NCBI GenBank assembly: GCA_900550455.1
Contig: URSE01000001.1
Span: forward strand, 1,001 to 65,000
Direction of reading: 5' to 3'
Length of the DNA stretch: 64,000 nucleotides
DNA from: an uncultured Veillonella sp.
GTDB taxonomy: Bacteria; Bacillota; Negativicutes; Veillonellales; Veillonellaceae
The translations under genes and the position numbers were made by a program. This document shows, one piece after another, positions 18,843 to 29,005 of this stretch. Positions within the stretch are counted from its first letter, which is position 1, and the number at the start of each line of letters is the position of its first letter. The notes beneath the pieces are model-generated. The model was given only the letters and a program-made list of their open reading frames with translations. It had not been told where the DNA came from and made no database searches.

Positions 18843-20399
18843 ATGAGCGTATTATCGGTTTCTCATGTGAGCCATGGTTTTGGGGCTCGTCAAATTTTAG
18901 ACGACGCCTCCTTCCGCCTTTTAAAGGGAGAGCATGTAGGCCTCATTGGGGCCAATGGGGAGGGGAAGTCTACCTTCCTCAATATCATTACAGGTAAGTT
19001 ACCTCCTGATGAAGGGAAGATTGAGTGGTCCAATAATGTTAAAGTGGGCTATTTAGACCAACATGCGGTTCTTGAAAAGGGACTGACTATCCGAGACGTT
19101 TTAAAGAGGGCTTTTGACGATCTTTTTGTGATGGAAGAGAAAATCAACGATGCCTATAATGAGATGGGTGACTGTGACGAGGAACGGATGAATAAGCTCC
19201 TAGCACAGGTGGGAGAATGGCAAGAAGAGTTAGAGCAACGTGGCTTTTATGAGATTGATGCGGTTATCGAACGGACTGCAGCTGGTCTAGGTCTCATGGA
19301 TATCGGTCTTGACCGAGATGTAACAGAGTTATCCGGTGGACAGAGGACTAAGGTTCTACTTACTAAGTTGCTCTTGGAAAAGCCAACCATTCTCCTCTTG
19401 GATGAACCGACTAACTATCTGGATGTAGAACATATTCATTGGCTACAGAATTATTTACAAAACTATGAAAACGCCTTTATCCTGATTTCTCATGATATGG
19501 CCTTCCTCAATTCTGTGGTTAATGTCATCTACCATATTGAGCAGGCTGTCCTTACTCGCTACACAGGAGATTATGAACAATTTAAGGCGGCCTATGAGGT
19601 TAAGCGAGAACAGATGCGTAAAGCTTATGAAAAGCAGCAGAAGGAAATTGCCCAACTGGAGGATTTCGTACAGCGCAATAAGGCTCGTGCCGCCACAGCA
19701 GGCCTCGCTTCTGCCCGGGTTCGCAAGCTGGAAAAAATGGACCTCATTGACAAACCTAAGGAATATATTAAACCTAGCTTCCACTTTAAAGAGGGGCGGA
19801 CACCATCCCGTTATATTGTAGAAGCATTTGGCTTAGAGTTGGGGTATGACGAACCTTTGACTCGGCCTGTGGACTTTCAGGTAGAGCGGAATAAGAAAAT
19901 CGCTATCCGAGGCGTTAATGGCCTAGGGAAGACGACCTTACTCAAGACTATCTTGGGCCTCATCAAACCGGTTTCTGGTGAGCTGGTTAAGGGGGACTTT
20001 CTGCAGGTGGGCTACTTTGCTCAAGAAGACAATCCTAATAATGATATGACAGCTTTAGATTATATCTGGGAAGCTTATCCGTCCATGACCAATGCAGAGG
20101 TCCGCAATGCCTTGGCCAAGTGTGGTCTTACGACAGACCACATTACTTCTCAAATGCGGGTTTTATCGGGCGGTGAAAATGCTAAGGTTCGCCTTTGTAA
20201 GCTCATGCAGGAAAAGTATAACGTCTTGGTTTTGGATGAACCGACTAATCATTTGGATATCTATGCTAAGGATGAGTTGGCTAAGGCACTCAAGGCCTTT
20301 CGTGGAACTATCGTAGTAGTAAGTCATGAGCCAGAATGGTACGAGTCTTGGGTGACAGATGTATGGAATATCGAAGACTGGACGACTAAGATCGTATAG
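18843..20399 (+). CDS. yfmM: ABC-F family ribosome-associated ATPase, YfmM-like
   Basis: Two NBDs (GANGEGKST, GVNGLGKTT), LDEPTNYLD and LDEPTNHLD, no TM segments. The N-terminus SHGFG..FRLLKGEHVGLIG resembles B. subtilis YfmM as I recall it. Confidence 0.85.
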   Translation: MSVLSVSHVSHGFGARQILDDASFRLLKGEHVGLIGANGEGKSTFLNIITGKLPPDEGKIEWSNNVKVGYLDQHAVLEKGLTIRDVLKRAFDDLFVMEEKINDAYNEMGDCDEERMNKLLAQVGEWQEELEQRGFYEIDAVIERTAAGLGLMDIGLDRDVTELSGGQRTKVLLTKLLLEKPTILLLDEPTNYLDVEHIHWLQNYLQNYENAFILISHDMAFLNSVVNVIYHIEQAVLTRYTGDYEQFKAAYEVKREQMRKAYEKQQKEIAQLEDFVQRNKARAATAGLASARVRKLEKMDLIDKPKEYIKPSFHFKEGRTPSRYIVEAFGLELGYDEPLTRPVDFQVERNKKIAIRGVNGLGKTTLLKTILGLIKPVSGELVKGDFLQVGYFAQEDNPNNDMTALDYIWEAYPSMTNAEVRNALAKCGLTTDHITSQMRVLSGGENAKVRLCKLMQEKYNVLVLDEPTNHLDIYAKDELAKALKAFRGTIVVVSHEPEWYESWVTDVWNIEDWTTKIV

Positions 20400-20407
20400 G
20401 AGTGTTA

Positions 20408-20977
20408 ATGAAGCAAACTGCAGAGGAGAGCCTACAGGCCTTTTTAGAAGGCCTGGGCCTAGATTTACAACAAGCTCATATGACTAAGACCCCAGCTCGG
20501 GTGACAGCCCTTTATAAGGACCTTTTCCGGGGTGTGGGAGGGGATACTAAATCCTTGTGGGGGGAGGTTTTTCCCACCGATTATAAGGGACTTGTAGCCG
20601 TCCATGGTATTCCCTTCTACTCTATGTGTGAACACCATCTCATGCCCTTCTTCGGCAAGGTCGATATAGTGTATCTGCCCCATGAGGGCCGAGTAGCAGG
20701 TCTATCTAAACTGGCGGACTTAGTGGACCTCTTGGCTCGCCGGCCTCAGTTACAGGAACGGCTATCTTCTCAAATAGCAGATGCCCTAGAAGAGGATTTA
20801 GGGGCTCAAGGGGTCATGGTGCGCATTCGGGCTACTCACCTTTGTATGTTGGTACGTGGGGAAATGCAATTGGATACGCAGGCTATGACCATGGAATCAC
20901 GGGGGCTCTTGGCAGAAGGTAAGGATTTGCGCCAAGAGGCTCTCTTGCTCTTAGGAGAGGAAATACATGAAAACTAG
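20408..20977 (+). CDS. folE: GTP cyclohydrolase I
   Basis: TPARV, SMCEHHLMPFFG, GLSKL, RRPQLQERL and HLCM. Confidence 0.93.
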   Translation: MKQTAEESLQAFLEGLGLDLQQAHMTKTPARVTALYKDLFRGVGGDTKSLWGEVFPTDYKGLVAVHGIPFYSMCEHHLMPFFGKVDIVYLPHEGRVAGLSKLADLVDLLARRPQLQERLSSQIADALEEDLGAQGVMVRIRATHLCMLVRGEMQLDTQAMTMESRGLLAEGKDLRQEALLLLGEEIHEN

Positions 20978-21803
20978 ACAGTACAGTTGGCAGGATGGGA
21001 AAAGCCTGAGACTTGAAGTTGGCCACACTTTGATTATGGGAATACTCAATGGAACGCCAGATTCTTTTTCCGACGGTGGACTTTACAATCAAGCTGATCA
21101 GGCTGTTCAACACGCCCTAGATATGATTGATGAAGGGGCGGATGTCATAGATTTAGGTGTGGAATCCACCCGACCTGGGCATGTGCAAATATCGGTAGAA
21201 GAGGAAATTGCACGTATGAAAGACTTGCTACCAGCAGTTTTAGAGGCGGTGACTGTTCCTGTATCTATCGATGCCTATCGGGCCAAGTCCATGGATTATG
21301 CACTGTCTACTGGGGCTCACATCATTAATGATATTTGGGGCCTTCAATATGATCCAGATATGGTGGCAGTAGCCGCCCACTACCAAGTGCCTGTCATCAT
21401 CATGCATAACCAAGTGGGGACGGACTATGATGATATTATCTCCGATATGAAAGCATTTTATGCTAAATCTATTGATTTAGCTCTTAAAGAGGGAGTCAAA
21501 CTGGATAATATCTGGATCGATCCGGGAATCGGGTTTGGCAAGACAGCGCAGCAAAATATGGAGGTACTACAACGCTTGGACGAGTTGACTTCCTATGATG
21601 CCCTCCCCCTTCTTTTGGCGACTAGTCGTAAGGGCTTTATTGGTAAACTCTTAGGCGATCTACCACCTAGAGAACGAGATGAAGGAACCTTGGCGACCAA
21701 TATGGCTGGTGTTTATGCTGGTGCCCATATGGTGAGGGTTCACAATGTACGTATGCACAAGCGGGCTCTGACTGTTTTGGATGCCATCTTACGAGGTGAA
21801 TAA
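20967..21803 (+). CDS. folP: Dihydropteroate synthase
   Basis: IMGILNGTPDSFSDGG, ESTRPG, DPGIGFGK, SRKGF and RVHNV. Confidence 0.95.
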   Translation: MKTRQYSWQDGKSLRLEVGHTLIMGILNGTPDSFSDGGLYNQADQAVQHALDMIDEGADVIDLGVESTRPGHVQISVEEEIARMKDLLPAVLEAVTVPVSIDAYRAKSMDYALSTGAHIINDIWGLQYDPDMVAVAAHYQVPVIIMHNQVGTDYDDIISDMKAFYAKSIDLALKEGVKLDNIWIDPGIGFGKTAQQNMEVLQRLDELTSYDALPLLLATSRKGFIGKLLGDLPPRERDEGTLATNMAGVYAGAHMVRVHNVRMHKRALTVLDAILRGE

Positions 21804-22168
21804 TGGATTTTATTGAACTTAATAATATAGCCTTTTATGGCTTTCATGGTAATTTGGCCAGTGAGGGCGAGCAGGGCCAACGCTTTTTTGTAGATCTTTT
21901 AGTCGGGGCTGATCTCTCACAAGCGGGCCAATCGGATGTTCTTGAGGATTCCATCAATTATGTAGCCCTCTATGAACTAGTTGAAACTATAATGACCGGC
22001 TCTCGATGCCATCTATTAGAACATCTTGGAGCTAGCATTGCAGATGCTATTATGAGAGATTTCCCACGGGTTCAAGGGGTAAGGGTAAAGATTCGAAAAC
22101 CGGCCGTGCCTATTCAAGGTATCTTGGATTATGCGGCTGTTACTACTTGCCGTGGGGCCGACCTATGA
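21803..22168 (+). CDS. folB: Dihydroneopterin aldolase
   Basis: FYGFHG..E..GQRF.VD, DSINY, LLEHL and IRKP. Confidence 0.93.
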   Translation: MDFIELNNIAFYGFHGNLASEGEQGQRFFVDLLVGADLSQAGQSDVLEDSINYVALYELVETIMTGSRCHLLEHLGASIADAIMRDFPRVQGVRVKIRKPAVPIQGILDYAAVTTCRGADL

Positions 22169-22638
22169 TTACCTATTTCATCAGTCTGGGCTCCAACATG
22201 GGAAATCGTGAAGGACACATACAGGGCGCCTTGACCTCCCTAGCCCAGCATCCAGCGATTGTGAAATTGCAGGTCTCTGACCTCTTGGAAACTGAGCCTT
22301 GGGGAAATATAGATCAGGAGCCCTTTATTAATGGCGTTTGTTCCCTGGTCAGTGATTTGCAGCCTGAAGAAATTTTGAAAGTTCTGCAAGGTATTGAAAG
22401 GGACCATGGCCGGCAACGCTTAGTTCATTGGGGCCCTCGCACCCTGGACCTAGATATCATCTGGGCCCAAGAGGGGAATCAGCCCTTGGAGGTTCATAGT
22501 CCAAGATTGGATATACCTCATCCCTATTTTTGGAATCGCACCTTTGTCCTAGTACCTTTGTCTCAATTGTGGGCAGACTTTTCCTACCAGGGACAAGCTA
22601 TTCAAGAGCGGATTAAAGAACTTGAAAAGGATAGCTAA
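22165..22638 (+). CDS. folK: 2-amino-4-hydroxy-6-hydroxymethyldihydropteridine pyrophosphokinase
   Basis: ISLGSNMGNR, ETEPWG, WGPRTLDLDI and IPHP..RTFVLVPL. Confidence 0.95.
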   Translation: MITYFISLGSNMGNREGHIQGALTSLAQHPAIVKLQVSDLLETEPWGNIDQEPFINGVCSLVSDLQPEEILKVLQGIERDHGRQRLVHWGPRTLDLDIIWAQEGNQPLEVHSPRLDIPHPYFWNRTFVLVPLSQLWADFSYQGQAIQERIKELEKDS

Positions 22639-22737
22639 CTAGGTCCTAGAAGGATGTATGATATAATACAATTCATATGGTCTTAATGAGGGCCTAGTTT
22701 TATTTTCTACTAGAAGGATTGTTTGTCGTGAATGTAA

Positions 22738-23017
22738 TCAACAAAATCAATCATCATCAATGCTTTGATTGGTAAGCACATAAAACCCGTTAAGGATGTA
22801 TGCCCTACACTGGCAGCTATCGTTGTATTGATTATTATCGGTGGCGTAACAGCTGTATCACAACAAAAGATTATCGATATGGGATGGACCATGGCTATTC
22901 TTACCTTTGTCGCTTGCTTGGTTCAAAATGTGTCTGGTTATCTCCATTATTCATAACTTTACGGGGTCTATCTTTGCGGGTATTTGCCGCAAGCATGACG
23001 AAACAGAAGGCAAGTAA
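22738..23017 (+). pseudogene. Remnant of a bile acid:sodium symporter (BASS/PanS-like) gene
   Basis: One frame reads IIINALIGKHIKPVKDVCPTLAAIVVLIIIGGVTAV..VQNVSGY. Another frame from 22943 reads SIIHNFTGSIFAGICRKHDETEGK*. Both resemble C-terminal BASS helices. The N-terminus is absent. Confidence 0.65.
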
Positions 23018-23041
23018 TTTCTTAGAAAGGAAGTTTCCACA

Positions 23042-23329
23042 ATGGCTCAGCATCATAGAGAAGCCGGTTGGCGTCGATTTGTGACTTGGCGAAATGCATC
23101 CCGATTGCTCATAGCCCTCTTTGTACTCATGGTTGTAGCTGAAGGGGTACGCCTTGTTCAGGTCTATCAGGAGAAGGTGAAGGTGGAAAAACAGCTAGAA
23201 GAATTAAAGGAAGAAAATGCTAAGTTGGAAGCAGAAAAAGAAGAACTTTCTAAGCCTAGCAATATAGAATCTATCGCTCGTAAGGAATTGGGTTTGGTAA
23301 AACCAGGGGAGATGCCTTACGTCAAATAG
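23042..23329 (+). CDS. divIC: Septum formation initiator DivIC/FtsB
   Basis: TM helix, coiled coil and IESIARKELGLVKPGE. GAAAGGAAG upstream. Confidence 0.88.
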   Translation: MAQHHREAGWRRFVTWRNASRLLIALFVLMVVAEGVRLVQVYQEKVKVEKQLEELKEENAKLEAEKEELSKPSNIESIARKELGLVKPGEMPYVK

Positions 23330-23330
23330 T

Positions 23331-23363
23331 AGAAAGGTCGTCATCGGTGGTGACGGCCTTTCT
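23331..23363 (+). terminator. Stem-loop after divIC, adjacent to an extended -10 (TGCTATAAT) for ppx
   Basis: AGAAAGGTCGTCA-TCGGTGG-TGACGGCCTTTCT. Confidence 0.6.
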
Positions 23364-23410
23364 GCTATAATGGGTTGTATTAGAATTAGTCCTTATGGAG
23401 AATAGAGTAT

Positions 23411-24292
23411 ATGAAAGTAGCTATTATTGATATTGGGTCCAATTCCATGCGCCTCCTCTTGGGCTTGTACCAGGAGAATCGTTGGATAAATGAGCCTAAG
23501 CGGCTTTGGACTACTCGGTTGGGTAAGCGATTAGATGATGGGGCCTTGAGCCCGGAAGCTATGGCTGCCTCCTATCAGGCTATGGCGGAAATGAAAGAAG
23601 CTATTAATGGCTTTGGCGCTCAAAAAGTCTATGCTTTGGCAACCTCTGCCGTGCGAGAAGCCCCTAATGGGCAGGTCTTCCTGGAGGCCTTACAGGCCAT
23701 TCAGCCTATGGATAGTCGGATTCTGACTGGCCAAGAAGAAGCTCAATATGGTTTTTTAGGGGCCCTGGGAGAGGATGGAAAGAAAGGCGACTACTATGGC
23801 ATCATTGATGTGGGTGGTGGCTCCACGGAATTGGCTGTAGGAGACGAAGAAGGAATCCTGTGGTCACAATCTTATCAGATGGGGGCCGTTCGCTTTCAAA
23901 CTTTATCCCAAGAGGGGCCTGAGGCCGTGAAAGCGGCGTCACAAGATCTTTGGCAGGACCTGCCTCAGGACCTATGTGTAGGCCAGTGGATTGGTATTGG
24001 TGGTACAGCTACAACTTTGGGTGCTATGGACCTAGCTATGGAGATTTATGATGGTCGCCGCCTACAAGGCCATAAGGTGAGCCGAGAAAGAATTCAAGGC
24101 ATGATTGACGAGTTGCGCACTAAGAGCCCTGAAGAGCGACGCGCTATACCAGGACTACAAGTAGGACGAGCGGATATCATCACGGCCGGCGCAGAAATTG
24201 TTGCGGCTGCTATGGACTTCTATGATATGAAGAGCCTTAGTATGAGTGAACGCGATGGAATGGAAGGATTTGAAGAGGGCTTATGTCGTTAA
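23411..24292 (+). CDS. ppx: Ppx/GppA family phosphatase (exopolyphosphatase-like)
   Basis: AIIDIGSNSMRL, ATSAVREAPN, EEA, IDVGGGSTE and GRADII. Confidence 0.88.
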   Translation: MKVAIIDIGSNSMRLLLGLYQENRWINEPKRLWTTRLGKRLDDGALSPEAMAASYQAMAEMKEAINGFGAQKVYALATSAVREAPNGQVFLEALQAIQPMDSRILTGQEEAQYGFLGALGEDGKKGDYYGIIDVGGGSTELAVGDEEGILWSQSYQMGAVRFQTLSQEGPEAVKAASQDLWQDLPQDLCVGQWIGIGGTATTLGAMDLAMEIYDGRRLQGHKVSRERIQGMIDELRTKSPEERRAIPGLQVGRADIITAGAEIVAAAMDFYDMKSLSMSERDGMEGFEEGLCR

Positions 24293-25311
24293 CTATAGAA
24301 CATAAGGGGTTCCTCCGTCAGGTGCAGAGAACCCTTCAATATCATAGTCTTTTAGACCCTAACAGCCGTGTCCTTATCGCCTGCTCTGGAGGGGTCGATT
24401 CCCTGGCCCTAGTTCATGCTCTCTTAGCTCTTAGGGAGCATATGAAAAAAAGCTGGACTTTAGCGATTGCTACGGTAGACCATGAGATTCGCCCAGAAGG
24501 GGCTGCTGAATTAGAATTGGTCCGGTCTATGGCAGATGATCTAGGGATTCCCTTTTACGGAGCCCATATAGATGTGCCTGCCCAGGCACAAGCTTTAGGT
24601 CTGTCTCTTGAGACGGCAGGTCGTCGGGCTCGCTATGCTTTCTTGTCAAAAATAGCTCTAGAAGAGGATTATGATGTGGTTGCTACGGGCCACCATCAAA
24701 ACGACCAGGCCGAGACAATCCTAGCCCACATGGTTAGGGGGGCGGGCCTTAAGGGTTTGGGGGGCATGGCCTATACTAGGCCTTTGGTAGGGGCCATCAA
24801 GTTGGTTCGCCCCTTCTTAGATGTCACTAAAGCCCAAATTCGGGCCTATGCAAGGGATTTGGAGTATGAGGCTTGTGAAGATGCTACGAATGAGGACTCC
24901 ACCTACCAAAGAAATTATATTCGCCATCAGATTCTACCAAGGATAGAAGCCATCAATCCTAATGTTCTGGAAAGTCTATCCCGCCTTGGCCAAAGTGCTC
25001 GTGATGATGAAGCATTATTAGAAAAAATCGCAAGAGAGAGCTTAGAGGGATTAGCTACCTATGAAAATGGACATGTTCTTCTAGGGCGTCGCGCCCTCCG
25101 CAAGATTCCCCTTAGTATCCGCAGGCGCATCTGGACGCTAGTTTTACAGACCTTGTTGCCGAGCGCCTCTTGGGAGTGGTCACACCTAGATCAACTAGAC
25201 CATTTAATTCAAACGGGGGAACCCAAGAGTTTTCAGGCCATGAGAGTGCGAGTTAAGGCACAATGTGATACAATAGATATATCCGTTTTGTCTTCAAGAT
25301 CACTTGATTAG
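24283..25311 (+). CDS. tilS: tRNA(Ile)-lysidine synthetase (short form)
   Basis: PP-loop SGGVDS, RRARY, GHHQNDQAET and RNYIRH. tilS-hpt-ftsH synteny. Confidence 0.93.
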   Translation: MSLTIEHKGFLRQVQRTLQYHSLLDPNSRVLIACSGGVDSLALVHALLALREHMKKSWTLAIATVDHEIRPEGAAELELVRSMADDLGIPFYGAHIDVPAQAQALGLSLETAGRRARYAFLSKIALEEDYDVVATGHHQNDQAETILAHMVRGAGLKGLGGMAYTRPLVGAIKLVRPFLDVTKAQIRAYARDLEYEACEDATNEDSTYQRNYIRHQILPRIEAINPNVLESLSRLGQSARDDEALLEKIARESLEGLATYENGHVLLGRRALRKIPLSIRRRIWTLVLQTLLPSASWEWSHLDQLDHLIQTGEPKSFQAMRVRVKAQCDTIDISVLSSRSLD

Positions 25312-25323
25312 GAGAGGGGATAT

Positions 25324-25869
25324 ATGCATAAAGATATAAAAGAAATCTTGCTCACAGAAGAGGAAATTCATGGACGAGTCACTGAATTAGGCACAGAGAT
25401 TGCTGCTGATTATAAGGGGCAAGAACTCTTAGTGGTAGGTATCCTCAAGGGGGCAGTTGTCTTCTATGCGGATTTGCTCAGGGCCATCGGCGAAGATGTG
25501 AATGTATGCCTTGACTTTATGGCTTGTTCTAGCTATGGGGAAGGAACGGTTTCCTCTGGTCATGTTAAGATAAAAAAAGATTTGGACAATTCTGTTGCAG
25601 ACAAGCATGTCCTCATCGTTGAAGATATAGTCGATACGGGGAATACGCTCTACTACCTAGTAGACGAACTCAATAAGCGGGGTGCCAAGTCCGTTAAGAT
25701 AGCTACCTTACTATCCAAACCTGATCGCCGGGAAAAGGATGTGCATGTAGACTACATCGGTTTTGTGATTCCTGATGCTTTTGTTATCGGCTACGGATTA
25801 GATTATGCTGAAAAGTACCGCCAATTAAAATACATTGGGGTCTTGAAAGAAGAAGTATACGCTAATTAA
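25324..25869 (+). CDS. hpt: Hypoxanthine phosphoribosyltransferase
   Basis: VGILKGA, SSYG, VLIVEDIVDTGNT and FVIGYGLDYAE. Confidence 0.96.
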   Translation: MHKDIKEILLTEEEIHGRVTELGTEIAADYKGQELLVVGILKGAVVFYADLLRAIGEDVNVCLDFMACSSYGEGTVSSGHVKIKKDLDNSVADKHVLIVEDIVDTGNTLYYLVDELNKRGAKSVKIATLLSKPDRREKDVHVDYIGFVIPDAFVIGYGLDYAEKYRQLKYIGVLKEEVYAN

Positions 25870-25889
25870 CTCGAGAAAGGAGTTATACA

Positions 25890-27848
25890 TTGGGTCGTTT
25901 CGCAAAAAATGTCCTTTTGTATGTACTGGTCATTGCGGCCTTGGCAACGGCGGTGGATTCTTTTATGGGCCAATCGTCTACCAAGTCTGAATTGTCCTAT
26001 ACGGGCTTTATTCAACAGGTACAACAAAAGAAAATTGATAAGATTACCATTACTAATAACCACGATATCGTGGGGACTATGAAGAATGGTACAGAATTTA
26101 AAACTTATGCACCAACGGATGATAGCTTAATTCCAACCCTTAATAATAATGGGGTGGAAATTACGGCTAAACCTGCTGATAGTCCATCTTGGTGGATGAC
26201 CTTACTCACATCTATCGTGCCTATGGTCATTCTCATTGCTGTTTGGTTCTTTATCATGCAACAATCCCAAGGGGGCGGTGGCAAGATGATGAACTTCGGC
26301 AAAAGCCGGGCTAAAATGATGGATGATGCGGTGAAGGTTAATTTCCAAGATGTAGCAGGCCAAGAAGAAGCCAAGGAAGAATTGGAAGAGATTGTAGAAT
26401 TCCTCAAGAATCCAGATAAGTTCACTAAAATGGGTGCTAAGATTCCTAAGGGGGTTCTTTTGGCAGGCCCTCCTGGGACGGGGAAAACCCTCCTGGCTAA
26501 GGCTGTAGCAGGGGAAGCGGGTGTTCCGTTCTTCACTATTTCTGGTTCTGACTTTGTAGAAATGTTTGTTGGTGTTGGTGCCTCCCGGGTACGGGATCTT
26601 TTCCAACAGGCCAAGAAGAATGCTCCTTGTATCATCTTCATCGATGAAATCGATGCAGTGGGTCGTCAACGGGGCGCAGGCCTCGGTGGCGGTCATGATG
26701 AACGAGAACAGACCCTCAATCAACTCTTGGTTGAAATGGATGGCTTTGATGCATCTGAAGGTATTATTACTATCGCCGCTACCAACCGCCCTGACATCTT
26801 GGATCCGGCCCTCCTTCGCCCAGGCCGTTTCGACCGTCAAGTCATGGTAGGCCGCCCAGATCTTAGGGGCCGTGAGGCTATCTTGCAAGTGCATGCAAAG
26901 AACAAGCCTTTAGCAGATGATGTGGACCTCAAAACTATCGCTAAAAAGGTGCCTGGTTTTACTGGTGCTGACTTGGCCAACCTCTTGAACGAAGCAGCTC
27001 TTTTAGCAGCTCGTCAGAATAAGACCATCATTACTATGGATGATTTAGAAGAAGCCTCTGAAAAGGTATCTATGGGGCCAGAACGACGCAGCCATATCGT
27101 GACAGAAAAGGAACGTCGATTGACGGCCTTCCACGAATCCGGTCACGCTATTGTAGGTCATTTGTTACCTGACTGCGATCCTGTCCACAAGGTGACTATC
27201 GTCCCTCGGGGTTATGCTGGTGGTTATACCATGAGCTTGCCTGAGGAGGAACAAAACTACGAAACTAAGAAGCAAATGTTGGCGCATATCCGCATGGCTT
27301 TAGGTGGTCGCGTAGCGGAAGCTTTAACCTTGAAGGATATTTCCTCTGGTGCTTCTGGCGACTTACAAACAGTTACTAAAATCGCCCGCAATATGGTGAC
27401 CCGTTATGGTATGTCTGATGAATTAGGGCCTATTGTATTCGGGGAACAGCGGGAGCAAGTATTCTTAGGGCGTGACCTCGGCCATGAACGAAACTACTCC
27501 GAGTCTACGGCTGAACAAATCGATGCAGAAGTGCATCGCATTGTTACAGAAGCCTATGATGATGTGGTGAAACTCTTATCCGAAAATATGGACTTCCTCC
27601 ACAATATGGCAGAAGCCCTTTTGGAATATGAAACCATTGATCATGAAGATGTAGTATCCCTCTATGAAACAGGGAAGATTGCGAAGAAGCCTGAAGAAGA
27701 GCGGGTGGAAGCGGTTAAGACAACCCTGACACAAGCTGGTATTGAGGTACCTAAGGACCTCCAAGTGGAAACCATTCCAACAGAAGAGCCTAAGGCACCA
27801 AGCCGAGAAGATATACCGACAAAAGAAGATACTATGCCTAAGGCATAA
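25890..27848 (+). CDS. ftsH: ATP-dependent zinc metalloprotease FtsH
   Basis: Two TM helices, [15 protein letters not shown], second region of homology ALLRPGRFD, and HESGH. TTG start after AAAGGAG. Confidence 0.97.
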   Translation: MGRFAKNVLLYVLVIAALATAVDSFMGQSSTKSELSYTGFIQQVQQKKIDKITITNNHDIVGTMKNGTEFKTYAPTDDSLIPTLNNNGVEITAKPADSPSWWMTLLTSIVPMVILIAVWFFIMQQSQGGGGKMMNFGKSRAKMMDDAVKVNFQDVAGQEEAKEELEEIVEFLKNPDKFTKMGAKIPKGVLLAGPPGTGKTLLAKAVAGEAGVPFFTISGSDFVEMFVGVGASRVRDLFQQAKKNAPCIIFIDEIDAVGRQRGAGLGGGHDEREQTLNQLLVEMDGFDASEGIITIAATNRPDILDPALLRPGRFDRQVMVGRPDLRGREAILQVHAKNKPLADDVDLKTIAKKVPGFTGADLANLLNEAALLAARQNKTIITMDDLEEASEKVSMGPERRSHIVTEKERRLTAFHESGHAIVGHLLPDCDPVHKVTIVPRGYAGGYTMSLPEEEQNYETKKQMLAHIRMALGGRVAEALTLKDISSGASGDLQTVTKIARNMVTRYGMSDELGPIVFGEQREQVFLGRDLGHERNYSESTAEQIDAEVHRIVTEAYDDVVKLLSENMDFLHNMAEALLEYETIDHEDVVSLYETGKIAKKPEEERVEAVKTTLTQAGIEVPKDLQVETIPTEEPKAPSREDIPTKEDTMPKA

Positions 27849-27857
27849 AATGCTATT

Positions 27858-27893
27858 AAAAGCCATACCTAGCTTTAGCTAGGTATGGCTTTT
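27858..27893 (+). terminator. Intrinsic terminator after ftsH
   Basis: AAAAGCCATACCTAGCT-TT-AGCTAGGTATGGCTTTT. Confidence 0.88.
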
Positions 27894-27938
27894 GTCTCTT
27901 TGTTGACCATCGTGTAATAGGCATGGTAAATGGGAGGC

Positions 27939-27988
27939 TTGCATTTTAAGGACATGACCTGTAAAATTGCTTTAGTATTTGGTTGACA
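27939..27988 (+). promoter_or_regulatory. birA promoter with a candidate BirA operator
   Basis: TTGCAT (27939-27944), 17 bp spacer, TAAAAT (27962-27967). TGTAAAA-N15-GTTGACA at 27960-27988. Confidence 0.55.
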
Positions 27989-28004
27989 ATAGGAGGCCAT
28001 TCTC

Positions 28005-28997
28005 GTGAAAAATGAAGTGCTTGAGTTCCTACGTGAAAATGCGGGTGGATTTGTGTCAGGCCAAGATATGTCAGAAGCCTGTCATGTATCCCGTACGGCT
28101 ATATGGAAACATATTAAGGCCTTGCGGGCTAAGGGCTATAAGATTGAATCCTATACCAAGCTGGGGTATCGTCTTTTGGAGGAACCAGATCTTGTATCCC
28201 CCCTATCTATGCGGAAGGCCTTGACGACAGATATCTTCGGCAAGAATTATATTTACATGGATTCCACTGTATCCACCAATACGGAGGCCCGTAAATGGGC
28301 CCTTAAGGGGGCTGAAGAAGGAACTGTAGTCGTAGCAGAAGAACAGGTGGAAGGGCGTGGCCGCTTACAACGGGGCTGGTATTCACCCTTTGGTAAGGGT
28401 CTTTGGTTCTCCTTGATTTTGCGCCCCGACTTCCTTCCTATGGAGGCGCCAAAGTGTACCCTTATGGCAGCAGTGGCTGTGACCAAGGCTCTTCGTAAGA
28501 TGGGAGTCACTGATGCGGTTATAAAATGGCCTAATGATATCTTGGTTAAGGGCAAGAAGATGGTAGGAATCCTGACAGAAATGACGGGGACCATGGATGA
28601 AATCGAATATATCATTTTGGGTGTGGGACTTAATGTGACAACAGGCCTTGATGAGTGGCCAGATGATCTAAAGGCCATAGCAACATCTATCCTCATGGAG
28701 GGGGTAGAGATTCCTCGTATAGAGGCCTTTAACATTATCTTACAAGAGTTGGAGGAACAGTACTTTGAAGTTTTGGCCAATGGCTTTGATCATACCTTAG
28801 AAGAATGGAGGAACTTATCCTGTACCTTAGGACAACATGTGCGTGTCCGCCCAGGTAATAAACAAGCCTATGATGGTATGGCCTTGGATATCGATGGTGA
28901 TGGCAATTTATTAGTACGCCCTGATGGAGGGGAAAGGGTTTATCGGGTTATAGCAGGGGACGTATCCATACGTCCAGTTTCAACAACTGTAGAATAG
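28005..28997 (+). CDS. birA: Bifunctional biotin operon repressor / biotin protein ligase
   Basis: N-terminal HTH ([10 protein letters not shown]), STN, GRGR and KWPND. Confidence 0.95.
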   Translation: MKNEVLEFLRENAGGFVSGQDMSEACHVSRTAIWKHIKALRAKGYKIESYTKLGYRLLEEPDLVSPLSMRKALTTDIFGKNYIYMDSTVSTNTEARKWALKGAEEGTVVVAEEQVEGRGRLQRGWYSPFGKGLWFSLILRPDFLPMEAPKCTLMAAVAVTKALRKMGVTDAVIKWPNDILVKGKKMVGILTEMTGTMDEIEYIILGVGLNVTTGLDEWPDDLKAIATSILMEGVEIPRIEAFNIILQELEEQYFEVLANGFDHTLEEWRNLSCTLGQHVRVRPGNKQAYDGMALDIDGDGNLLVRPDGGERVYRVIAGDVSIRPVSTTVE

Positions 28998-29005
28998 GAG
29001 ATAGC

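Noticed and set aside
18843..20399. Antibiotic-resistance ABC-F
   Set aside because: Resembles the housekeeping YfmM type and has no mobile-element context.
22710..23084. Short ORFs 22710-22892(-), 22765-22956(+) and 22800-23084(+) as novel small proteins or a toxin-antitoxin pair
   Set aside because: Better explained as frames across the BASS pseudogene remnant, and they have no convincing RBS.
26105..26894. Long antisense ORFs within ftsH (similar ones lie within cydDC, birA, tolC, tamB, bamA and fabZ)
   Set aside because: Shadow frames of conserved genes, with no RBS or recognisable motifs.
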